From: Rubripirellula sp.
GTDB taxonomy: Bacteria; Planctomycetota; Planctomycetia; Pirellulales; Pirellulaceae
Length of the DNA stretch: 64,000 nt
Direction of reading: 5' to 3'
Assembly: GCA_965216875.1 (NCBI GenBank)
Contig: OZ244207.1
Location: 3,296,001-3,360,000, forward strand
Under the pieces are notes generated by a model, which made no database searches, had not been told where the DNA came from, and saw only the letters and a list, made by a program, of their open reading frames with translations. Below, one piece after another: positions 38,985 through 47,758 of the stretch. The translations under genes and the position numbers were made by a program. The number at the start of each line of letters is the position of its first letter. Within the stretch, counting starts at the first letter, position 1.

Positions 38985-41900
38985 TCAGGTGAGTTGTTCC
39001 ATTCCAACATCTTTGCGTATCCGTTTGCGCAGCGCGAGTGCCTTGGGGCCAGTCATGATGCGTATTTTCCAGTAGAACTCTTTGATGTAGTAGTTGTCGC
39101 GCAATTGCGGATAGATCTCTTCGAGAATCGAAACATCCTCGTCGTGGTTGCGTGCGGCGATTGCCATCACCAACAAATCCGTTGTTCCCGACAGGTAGCG
39201 GCTGAACCCTTCCGATTGCGCTTGATCGAGAAGCGGGCCAAGGTCAACCGATTCGCCCATCACGACAAGCGCATAGGTCGCGAGGGCAACAATCTCCTCT
39301 TCTTCACTATCCAACAGCGGAAGAAGATGCTCGCGAGTGACATGGGGTGTGATTCGGGCGATCGTCAATCGACCACTGGCATACACGTCCTCTTGCAGAC
39401 CTGAAACGTCCAAGTGGCCCACCTCGGTCGAGGAGACTCCTTCCTGCCCTTGCGTGATGTAGCTCAGCGCGACCGGACGCAGCACATCGTCATCGAGAAA
39501 CTTCACCGCCAATGCTGAAGCTTCCGGAGCTTTCCGAGCCGACATGGCGAATCGCGCCCAGTCTCGTCGCAGCGGCGCCGAAAGAGACGCATCGGCGTAA
39601 TCATCACGGACCACATCGACGACTTTCGCCGGGTCAATCTCGGAAAGGACGGAGAGACCGACCATCAACGCAGCCGATGGCTCAAGCGATTTGAGATCTT
39701 CGGACAAGCTCTCCGCAACCACATCGTAGCTCTGCCCGTCTTGTTGCATGAAATACTCGGATCCGGTTGCCACCATCATCAAGTTCGTGCGCAACTGCCA
39801 TCCATGATCAAATGCGTCGATATCGATTTGCTTGAGCGAATTCCAGAATGCTTGGTGTGACACGGTCGGGTCGTACTTCCGCGACTCTTGCAATATTCGC
39901 GGCAGCAAGTCCGCGGCTTCCGGCGTCGCCCCAATCAACTGCAACAGTTCCCGGCGTGTTTTGGGATCAAGCCATTTGTACACGTTGGTGATCTGTTTGC
40001 GTGATGCCGATTCGGATGCGACGTCAAGAATCTCTTTTGCCGATGCCGTTCCGCCCAGTCGCAAAACGGCCATCATGACGTCGAATTCAGCTTCACCACC
40101 CTTGGCCGCCAGCTCCTCAAGCGGTTGCCGCAATCCTTCGAGCCACGATTCAATGTCATCCGGTCGCTCTCGCCAACGTGCCAGCCAGTCATCGTATTTA
40201 CGCGTTGCTTCGAGCTGGCGGTTGTTGGTCGGTTCGCCCGACTCTTGAACTGCCTGTGGCGGTGCGTCGCCCTGAAAGGGATCCTCCATCAGTTCGACAA
40301 TCTCCGTCGGATCCGCGTCAACTTGGATGGGGACATCACCACCGAAAAGATTGCCGAGAGCCTGAAGAATACCGCCCTGTTGAACTGCGTCTTGGCCATC
40401 GGGCTTGGCTTGAACGTTAGGAGTTACGGGAACGGTTTCCTGGGTCGGCTCGACAAACGGGTCGTCCTCTGTCACCGCAACGCCTTGCTGATCGAGGCCG
40501 GTTGCATCAACAACCTGGAAGGGCGAGTTATCTTCTTCCGAAGCCTCCACGGCAGGTACGCCACCTTCCTCAATCACTTGAAGCATGGTTTCGATGTCTG
40601 CCTCGGCGGGAATTGCAGCGGGTGCAGCAAACAGATCCTCAATCGCCGCATCAAACTCGGCCGGTCCCATTTCCAAGTTGGACGGTGGACTTACCCCCAC
40701 CTTCACACCGATTCCGCCAGAGCGGATCACGGGCACGGCAGCCCTTCCCGGTACAGGGCGTGCCGATCCGCTGGACGTTGGCACACCAAACGGCGAATCA
40801 TATCCGAACCCAAGCTGATAGACATTTTCCGTAGGAGGCGTGGGCGGAACAGGTGCCAAACGGGAATGATTAGCATCCAGCCATGACGAAAGCGCACGTG
40901 CAGCGGAGACCTTTACTTTCGGATCACCATCAAGCACGCCGCGGCGGATGAAGTCTTTGCGGTCCTTGGTCGAGAATCGAGTCATCGCTTCGAGGGCAAA
41001 GATGCGATCGGCCGCAACCTCCGATTCGAATCGTTTCACCAAGAATTCGCGCGCGTCACGTTTCCCTTCCGAGTAGGTCAGCCGCGGCAGAATCTCAGCA
41101 CGAATGTTCGGGTTCTTCCAGGCAACTTCGAGTAACTTCGAAAACGACTCTTTCTGGTCGCCGGCAACGACCGCGGGAACAATCTTGCTGAGAACAAAAC
41201 TGTCATCGTCTTCGAGAAGGTTCCGAGCCGCCTCTTTGAGATCAACAGGGAACGCCACTTTTTTCACGCCACCAACACTTGGCGCACTCTTCGCTGCTTC
41301 AGTGATTCGATGTGAAATTGCCTCGGCAACCGCGGCTCGCACCTGCCAATCGGAATCCGAAGAAAGCCGTTTCAATGCGGCATGCGATTGTTCGAGATTG
41401 CTGTTGAGTTCCTTCAAAAGCCGCACGTAGTAGACCAACAGTCCCGAATCGGTTTCTTTCAATGCATGCTGGCTGACTGGCTTGACCAACGACGCCTTGG
41501 GGTTGTCAAGCCAAAGCTTCAGTACCGCAGCTCGAACGTTCTTGTCGGGATCATCAAGCAGCCGGGTCAATCGCGTTGTGTCACCACCGCCAGCGTTTTG
41601 TAGCCCACGCAAAGCCAACTCACGAACGAGCGGGTCGCTGTGTCCGAATAGCGTCTCCAACAGCGGCAAGTCTTCCGAGCGTGCTTGATCGGCGAGCTGC
41701 TTGGCAGCAGTGCGCCGCTCGTCGGCGTCCATCGATGCAAGGGAGTCGGTTGCCTCCGGCAGGCGAATCGCAAGCGTTGGCGCAGAGACCAAGCGGTACA
41801 AAACGGAAGCGAGTCGCTGGCGCGCCGTGTCCGTCGTCTCCGTTTCAAGTCGCTTGTCGACCGATGGTTGTAGTTCTTTGCCGGCCATCCCGAGCGACTC

Positions 41901-42782
41901 CACGGCACCATCACGGGCATCACCGCGTCGCACGAGTCGATCGAGTTCCAACTCCGCTTCGTCGAGTGCTTGTTGCTGCATCTGCGAATGCAAATCGCTT
42001 TGCTCGGAAAACGTTTGACTCCAGATCTTCAGCTCAACGATTCGATCTTTCGTGATCGTCTCGGGCTGCCAGGGATCGAGGCCGTCAACTGGAGCCGTCC
42101 ATCGACGCAGGACATCGAGCGCCGCAAGACGGCTGCGTAGCCTCGGTTTTTCAAAGGCCGTGATCACGCTTGCGGCAACCGATTGGGGATGGGCGATCAA
42201 CAAACCGGACGCGGCTGCACGCTGCCGTGGCGAGCGATCCGCCAGCATCTCCAACAGCACTTCCGTCTGCTTGTCGCTAAGCGATCCTCCGTTTCCCAAA
42301 CTCTTGACCAACCGCAGCGCCGCCCGTTTCGCTTTGTACTGCTCTTGGCCGTCGCGCAGAAACTGCATCAAGGCTTCGCCTTCGATGTATCCAACATGCT
42401 CGGCGATCACTTCACCGGCCGAATTCATCACACGCATCGTGGGTAGAGCGGCAACGTCGTCGACCGGTGCCTCTTCGCTTGGATGGTCAACGTCGATCTT
42501 GACCAAGTGCATGCGAGATAGCAGATGGATCGCCTCGGCATCCTTCATCGCTTCGGTCAAGAGTTTGCAGGGGCCGCACCAAGCCGCTTCAAACTTAACC
42601 AAAATGGGCTTCGAGTCGTCTTCCTCTGCTGCTTCGATCGTTGAAATCCAATCCTCACTCCAAGAATCATCTGCGCGCAGGTGCGTCCCCGGAGCAGGCA
42701 ACAGCATCACGACAACCGCACTGGCAAACGCCCGCAGCATGACAGTGTGCATTCGACGAAGAACACTATTCTTTTGCGTCAT
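38985..42782 (-). CDS. Exported thioredoxin-domain plus HEAT-repeat protein (~1270 aa)
   Basis: KFEAAWCGPCK..LPT thioredoxin; HEAT repeats (DPLVRELAL, DKNVRAAVL, DWQVRAAVA, DPKVKVSAA); start uncertain (42782 or 42752). Confidence 0.85.
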   Translation of the reverse strand: MTQKNSVLRRMHTVMLRAFASAVVVMLLPAPGTHLRADDSWSEDWISTIEAAEEDDSKPILVKFEAAWCGPCKLLTEAMKDAEAIHLLSRMHLVKIDVDHPSEEAPVDDVAALPTMRVMNSAGEVIAEHVGYIEGEALMQFLRDGQEQYKAKRAALRLVKSLGNGGSLSDKQTEVLLEMLADRSPRQRAAASGLLIAHPQSVAASVITAFEKPRLRSRLAALDVLRRWTAPVDGLDPWQPETITKDRIVELKIWSQTFSEQSDLHSQMQQQALDEAELELDRLVRRGDARDGAVESLGMAGKELQPSVDKRLETETTDTARQRLASVLYRLVSAPTLAIRLPEATDSLASMDADERRTAAKQLADQARSEDLPLLETLFGHSDPLVRELALRGLQNAGGGDTTRLTRLLDDPDKNVRAAVLKLWLDNPKASLVKPVSQHALKETDSGLLVYYVRLLKELNSNLEQSHAALKRLSSDSDWQVRAAVAEAISHRITEAAKSAPSVGGVKKVAFPVDLKEAARNLLEDDDSFVLSKIVPAVVAGDQKESFSKLLEVAWKNPNIRAEILPRLTYSEGKRDAREFLVKRFESEVAADRIFALEAMTRFSTKDRKDFIRRGVLDGDPKVKVSAARALSSWLDANHSRLAPVPPTPPTENVYQLGFGYDSPFGVPTSSGSARPVPGRAAVPVIRSGGIGVKVGVSPPSNLEMGPAEFDAAIEDLFAAPAAIPAEADIETMLQVIEEGGVPAVEASEEDNSPFQVVDATGLDQQGVAVTEDDPFVEPTQETVPVTPNVQAKPDGQDAVQQGGILQALGNLFGGDVPIQVDADPTEIVELMEDPFQGDAPPQAVQESGEPTNNRQLEATRKYDDWLARWRERPDDIESWLEGLRQPLEELAAKGGEAEFDVMMAVLRLGGTASAKEILDVASESASRKQITNVYKWLDPKTRRELLQLIGATPEAADLLPRILQESRKYDPTVSHQAFWNSLKQIDIDAFDHGWQLRTNLMMVATGSEYFMQQDGQSYDVVAESLSEDLKSLEPSAALMVGLSVLSEIDPAKVVDVVRDDYADASLSAPLRRDWARFAMSARKAPEASALAVKFLDDDVLRPVALSYITQGQEGVSSTEVGHLDVSGLQEDVYASGRLTIARITPHVTREHLLPLLDSEEEEIVALATYALVVMGESVDLGPLLDQAQSEGFSRYLSGTTDLLVMAIAARNHDEDVSILEEIYPQLRDNYYIKEFYWKIRIMTGPKALALRKRIRKDVGMEQLT

Positions 42783-44130
42783 CGGTCGCCTCATCGGTTC
42801 CATGAACGATTTGGTCCCAGTAGTCGTCATAGTCAAAGTGCGGGCTGTTTTCATGGTCATGGCACACCAGACACGATTCGGCAGCTTGCCAAGGTGTTCT
42901 CACATCGGTGTCGGCAACGTGCCCGCTGCTTGGCCCATGACAACTTTCACAGCCCACTTCGATTCGATCCATCGTTCGCCGGCGATTGATGAATCCTCCC
43001 GCTAGTCCGAACCCCGTTGTGTGGCACCTCTGGCACGACGAGTCGACATGCGCCCCCACCTCTTCGAGCGTTGCCCACGCGTGGGCATGAGCCGATTGGT
43101 GCCAGATTTCTTGGTCCGCCTCGTGGCACTCTTTGCAGGATTGCGACCCAACGAAGGTGTTCTCTTGATCTCCCGCTTCGCTCCCCACGCCCATCGAATC
43201 AAAACTGGTATCGAGCGCAGCGAAGTCGTATTTGTCTAGCCGCTCGCGAAACGACTTCAAGTTCGCCTGCTGTTGCTCATCCTTGTCGAGAGATTCAACC
43301 ACCTCGTGCAAGTCCGCCTCCCAGTGATCGCCGTCACCTGAACTCGCGACCTCGCCCGTAATTCTTGCGATGAATTTGCCTTTGCTCGCGATCGCGGTCA
43401 TCAAAGTTTGTCCGAATCGCTTTGGCGCGACACTCTGCGGAGTCTTGCCACCAATGATGACATCCACTTCAGGAAGATTGCTCGACAACTCAGTCAGTTC
43501 TTCCGGCTCGACATAGGCTAGTACAACCGCCGAGTCGTAGTCGCCACGCCGGTTTTCCAGTTCGGCAAGGATGGCCTTCTCGGGGTCTTCTGCTTCGAAA
43601 GATGTCAACGACGGACTGATGACACCGAGTACGAGGATCTTTCGATTGCCACGGCGGACAATCACCGATCGCTCCGCCAGGCTGCAGTCGTTGGCAAGCG
43701 TGTTGGTGCCAACAAACTCAAGATCTCCCTCTGAACTTGCTACCCGATCAATCCCGATTTCAAGCTCTTCGGTTCCGAGGTTGTGGACGGCGTACCCCAT
43801 TGCTGCTTCACCGGCAAGAATCGCGCGCAACTTCTCGACGTCGTACGCACTCGATCCGAGTGTCGCACCGCCGACGCTGACCAACAAGGATTCGCGTCCC
43901 TCGGCAAGTTTCTTCATCAACGTCGCTCGACGACTGAGCCCACCCGATTGCCCGCTCGCGCAACCGCACGGCTCAATCCAGCCTTGCGTGTCGCAGCTCG
44001 CAAGAATCACGACCGGTTGCTTCGCCGGTTTTTCAACCGTCTCGGAAGAACTGCATCCACACGAATACAGCAGCACGATCCCGCACGTGAAGCCAACCCA
44101 ATTTCGAAAACGCAACGCAAACACAGGCAA
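42766..44130 (-). CDS. Lipoprotein: UshA/5'-nucleotidase-like N-domain fused to tetraheme cytochrome c (c554-like)
   Basis: LLYSCGC lipobox; DTQGWIEPCGC..GGLSRR; EVDVIIGG; four CxxCH (CKECH, CQRCH, CESCH, CLVCH). Confidence 0.88.
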   Translation of the reverse strand: MPVFALRFRNWVGFTCGIVLLYSCGCSSSETVEKPAKQPVVILASCDTQGWIEPCGCASGQSGGLSRRATLMKKLAEGRESLLVSVGGATLGSSAYDVEKLRAILAGEAAMGYAVHNLGTEELEIGIDRVASSEGDLEFVGTNTLANDCSLAERSVIVRRGNRKILVLGVISPSLTSFEAEDPEKAILAELENRRGDYDSAVVLAYVEPEELTELSSNLPEVDVIIGGKTPQSVAPKRFGQTLMTAIASKGKFIARITGEVASSGDGDHWEADLHEVVESLDKDEQQQANLKSFRERLDKYDFAALDTSFDSMGVGSEAGDQENTFVGSQSCKECHEADQEIWHQSAHAHAWATLEEVGAHVDSSCQRCHTTGFGLAGGFINRRRTMDRIEVGCESCHGPSSGHVADTDVRTPWQAAESCLVCHDHENSPHFDYDDYWDQIVHGTDEATDDAKE

Positions 44131-44850
44131 TCAATAACTCAAGGCATAGGCGAGGATGTTGACATTGACCACTTCGGCGTTGGTGATTTCGTTCCCGCCA
44201 CAGCAACAACAGCCCTGTGCGTGCGACGTATCGTTCAACCCATCCTGGCTGTACAAAACCGCCAACCGGTCACCGATCGAGATGCCTTCAAGGGGCCTTG
44301 GCGTGCCATGCTTGGCGGTCAACTGGTCAATGTCATAGACAGTGTGAAAAACCGGATGCTTCAAGTCGAGTTGTTGCATTTTGGTTTCCTCAAACAAGGT
44401 CGCCATTTCTCGGCGAAACGAACGATCCCATTCCGGCGAAGAACAACCTGAGGAAGCGAGCAAGAACCCACCACGCTTCAAATAGGCTCTCAGGTTGGTT
44501 CGCTCGGCATCGCCGAGCACAAATTCGCCTTCGCCCGTCATGATCAGCAGCGGATAGTTGTAAATCTCTTCGCTGCTAAGTTTGACGGCATGAAAACGGC
44601 GACTGGTCGAAATCGTCGAATCTTTTTCGGCTCGCACAAGAAAGTGGTCGGCAAAACACTCGCTAGACTTCGATCCCGCGTAAACAAGATTTGCAACCTG
44701 GACGACGCTGCCCGATTCGCCACCGACATGCGTGGGATCGGGCACCGTTTTGATCGCAGCCTCTTTGTCAGCCGGATCCTCCGCACTGCTGGTTCCAGCC
44801 AGGCAGACCGTCGTCATCATCGCCAGGCAAAGCGTTTGAATTCTCACCAT
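44131..44850 (-). CDS. DUF4159 domain protein (exported)
   Basis: YPLLIMTG..ERTNLRAYLKRGGFL..HPVF..LEGI..RLAVLYS..VNILAYAL; contains GCCCCGG. Confidence 0.82.
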   Translation of the reverse strand: MVRIQTLCLAMMTTVCLAGTSSAEDPADKEAAIKTVPDPTHVGGESGSVVQVANLVYAGSKSSECFADHFLVRAEKDSTISTSRRFHAVKLSSEEIYNYPLLIMTGEGEFVLGDAERTNLRAYLKRGGFLLASSGCSSPEWDRSFRREMATLFEETKMQQLDLKHPVFHTVYDIDQLTAKHGTPRPLEGISIGDRLAVLYSQDGLNDTSHAQGCCCCGGNEITNAEVVNVNILAYALSY

Positions 44851-44890
44851 GCGTCGCTCCATTTCGATCACGTCGTAATTGGTACGTGCT

Positions 44891-47713
44891 TTATTGGTCC
44901 ATGCTTTCAGCAATCCGGCGCAGATACTGTTCGGTTTGGCGTCGGTACCTTAGTGGCACATCACCGGAACTCGTCCGCGCCGTTTCGGGCAGTTCCGCAA
45001 TCGGATCTTCGCCTATCGAACCGACCCCAGCGGCACTTCCGCCATCGCCGCGGGCAGGCATCATCTGATTCCGATCGCCGCGTCCGCCACCACGAGGCTG
45101 CGCAAAGGGTTGATTCCCGTACAACCCGACGTTCTGGCCCGAGTTACCTCGCATCGAGTAGCCAGCGTTGGGCCCTGAATTGAGCCCCATTTGATTGAGC
45201 ATCTCTTGTAGCGCGTTGCTTCCTTGACTGGGAAGCCCCGGCGCAAACTTCTTCTTCAAACAATTGCCGGCCTTCTTGCCATTGCCTTTGCATTGTGACA
45301 AGAACTTTTCCATCTCTTCGAGTGCCGTGATCGCATGCCCATAGCCGTCGGCACCGTCAAAGCGGCCGAGGCTTTGGCGTGCTTCCGAAAGCTCCGCATC
45401 GATCGGACTTTCACCCACCGCCATCACAAAGTCAATCGAAGACTGTTTGAGTTCTTGCATGTCGGGATCGTCGCCAAGACCTTCCGCGGCCGTCGCGATC
45501 TCTTGCATCAATTCGCCTAGCTCACGTCGAATCGCAGCTTCCTCTTCGCGTAGCTGCACCACCTGTTGGCGATCCGCTTCGTCGCGAACCGTATCGTCCT
45601 GGCGGTATCGGTCAAGCGCATCGACAACAGCCCGTTGCCGCTCAACCAATTGAACAAACTTGGACTCTGCAGCAAGGATCGGTGCGATCTTTTTCAGAGC
45701 GTCCATCGGCTGACCAATCTTTTGTTTCTGGTCGTTACGTGCCTTATCGATTGCCTTTTGCATCTCGTCAGCTTGCTCTTTGGCAGTCTTGCCCTCCGAT
45801 TTCATGCTTTTTCCGCTCTTGGCCGCTTCGCGCAACGCCTTGGCCTGTTCTTTGAGTGCCTTGTTCCACTCTTGGTCGATCTCAAGCGGCAACTCCTGGC
45901 GAGCGATTTCCTCAAGGTTGCGGGCCGCCCTTTCCATCTTTTCACGAAGCGTGTCAACTTTTTCTTGAAGCTCTTTCTGCGCCTCGGCGTCATTCGGGTC
46001 CGCTGCATCAAGCTCTTCTTGCAACTTCGCCGCTTCGGCCGACAGTTCCTCGAGCATCCGACGTGCTTGACGGAACTTGTTCTCGAGCATTTGACGTCCC
46101 TGCTGAGCCGCAATGATTCGATTGAACTCTCGTTGCGAAATGATGTTGATGTGCGCGAGCGGACTTTCGCCTCCTTGCGATGCCCCTGGCCGCGTGTCGT
46201 CAACGCGCGCGAAGAGCGTGATTTTGTCACCCGGTTCAAGGCCAAACGCCGCCAATGGCAAACTCGAACCGCCTTGAACGGTACGCCTCGTTTCCACAAT
46301 TGGGATTTCCAGTGGAACGGGACGCGAGCCATCAATGACTCGGTAGATCCGCATACGAGCGACACCAAAATCGTCTTCGCCGATCGCAGCGACGGGTACT
46401 TTCGTTGTCGGCGTTGCATACGACTGAGGACGTGGCTGGGCGATGCGCGCGATCGGTGGACGATCCACAAGGAGTTCGACTTCCAAACGAATCGGCGACT
46501 CACACTCAACGTCGTTTGCACCGGTCACCGAAACAATCCAGTTACCCGATCGCTTGATCGTCACTTCGCCGACGGCACGTTGTGGGTTGTCTGGCGATAC
46601 CGAAAGATCGACCGTCTGAGGCGCGAGATCACTTTCGTCGTCCAAAGGCATGAGTGTGACGCTGCCAGACTTGAGCGGACGATTGGCATCAATCGAAAAC
46701 GCGACGACCGTTCCCGAGAGTCCTGAAATGCGATCTTGCGGATATCGTGCCTCGCGCGGAGGCAGACTCGTGTAAGCCGGCGGCGTGATTGTGAAGGTCG
46801 CTGATTCAATCTTGGGTGTCTCCATCACCTGCAAATCAAACAAGCGGCTTCTGCCTCGGTCCGCTGTCACGCAGTAGGTCGTCGATTCCGTCACACGAGG
46901 CACGACCGCCTGCCAACGTCCGCCACCCCGTGGAAACATGGCAACTCGTTTTGCGTCGGGATCATCCGGTTGCCCCAACACGAGCAGCGCGTTCTCAACT
47001 CCGCCTCCGGTGATCGACGCGGTCACTTCCAAGGGCTTGCCATAGTTCAAACGAATGTCGCCGGGGCTGACATCGAACTGCAGTGGCGAATAGGGGGGCG
47101 TGTCGACGGTCGGCGCTGTGAATCGATTCCACGAGGTCCCGAATGCGCCAGGTGCAATCACGGCAAAGGCGATCATCACCAAACCAACGACACCTGCCAC
47201 GATGCTGCTCCGCCGCGATTGACTCCAAGGCGCCGCCTTCGCCGGATCCACATCGGTGGCACGCTTGGAAGCCTGTGACACCGCTACCGAGGCGATCCCA
47301 CGGGCCAGAGCTTCCGTTTTGTCGTTCTGGCCCGTCATGTTTCGATCCGCATTCTCGGGAAGTAGCTCCCAACCCGACAAGATTTGTCCACCGGTCTCGC
47401 CGACCTCATCCAACCGCCTCGCGATCCGCTCGGACGATGCACCTTTCCAAACTCGAACGAGCAACCACAAGAAGGCAACCGCACCAACCAAGATCGTTGC
47501 CGGCAAGATGCCTTGCCGCAGGCTCATCGGCAAATGCCAAATCACATCCATCCATGCCAACAAGAAAAGCACAACACCGACAGCCGCGATTGACCAAAGA
47601 CAAGCATCGACCGCACCGATCAATCGGACGCGTTTTGCCACTTCGGCAATTTGATTCTGCAAACTGCGTCCAGCTTCGGTCGATTTCGATTGTTCGGGAA
47701 TGACAGTTGCCAT
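44891..47713 (-). CDS. Membrane protein with Ig-like segments and coiled-coil C-terminus (DUF4175-like)
   Basis: Three N-terminal TM helices, TPPAYT, DRPP..DDFGV, long Q/E/K helical region, C-terminal VPLRYRRQTEQYLRRI. Confidence 0.75.
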   Translation of the reverse strand: MATVIPEQSKSTEAGRSLQNQIAEVAKRVRLIGAVDACLWSIAAVGVVLFLLAWMDVIWHLPMSLRQGILPATILVGAVAFLWLLVRVWKGASSERIARRLDEVGETGGQILSGWELLPENADRNMTGQNDKTEALARGIASVAVSQASKRATDVDPAKAAPWSQSRRSSIVAGVVGLVMIAFAVIAPGAFGTSWNRFTAPTVDTPPYSPLQFDVSPGDIRLNYGKPLEVTASITGGGVENALLVLGQPDDPDAKRVAMFPRGGGRWQAVVPRVTESTTYCVTADRGRSRLFDLQVMETPKIESATFTITPPAYTSLPPREARYPQDRISGLSGTVVAFSIDANRPLKSGSVTLMPLDDESDLAPQTVDLSVSPDNPQRAVGEVTIKRSGNWIVSVTGANDVECESPIRLEVELLVDRPPIARIAQPRPQSYATPTTKVPVAAIGEDDFGVARMRIYRVIDGSRPVPLEIPIVETRRTVQGGSSLPLAAFGLEPGDKITLFARVDDTRPGASQGGESPLAHINIISQREFNRIIAAQQGRQMLENKFRQARRMLEELSAEAAKLQEELDAADPNDAEAQKELQEKVDTLREKMERAARNLEEIARQELPLEIDQEWNKALKEQAKALREAAKSGKSMKSEGKTAKEQADEMQKAIDKARNDQKQKIGQPMDALKKIAPILAAESKFVQLVERQRAVVDALDRYRQDDTVRDEADRQQVVQLREEEAAIRRELGELMQEIATAAEGLGDDPDMQELKQSSIDFVMAVGESPIDAELSEARQSLGRFDGADGYGHAITALEEMEKFLSQCKGNGKKAGNCLKKKFAPGLPSQGSNALQEMLNQMGLNSGPNAGYSMRGNSGQNVGLYGNQPFAQPRGGGRGDRNQMMPARGDGGSAAGVGSIGEDPIAELPETARTSSGDVPLRYRRQTEQYLRRIAESMDQ

Positions 47714-47758
47714 TTCGAATCGCCTTGAAATTGAGTTCTCTGGAATCAAACGCGCCGG

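Noticed and set aside
43960..43968. Selenocysteine recoding in the UshA-like CGC motif
   Set aside because: Both codons are TGC and the ORF is uninterrupted, so this is the Cys form.
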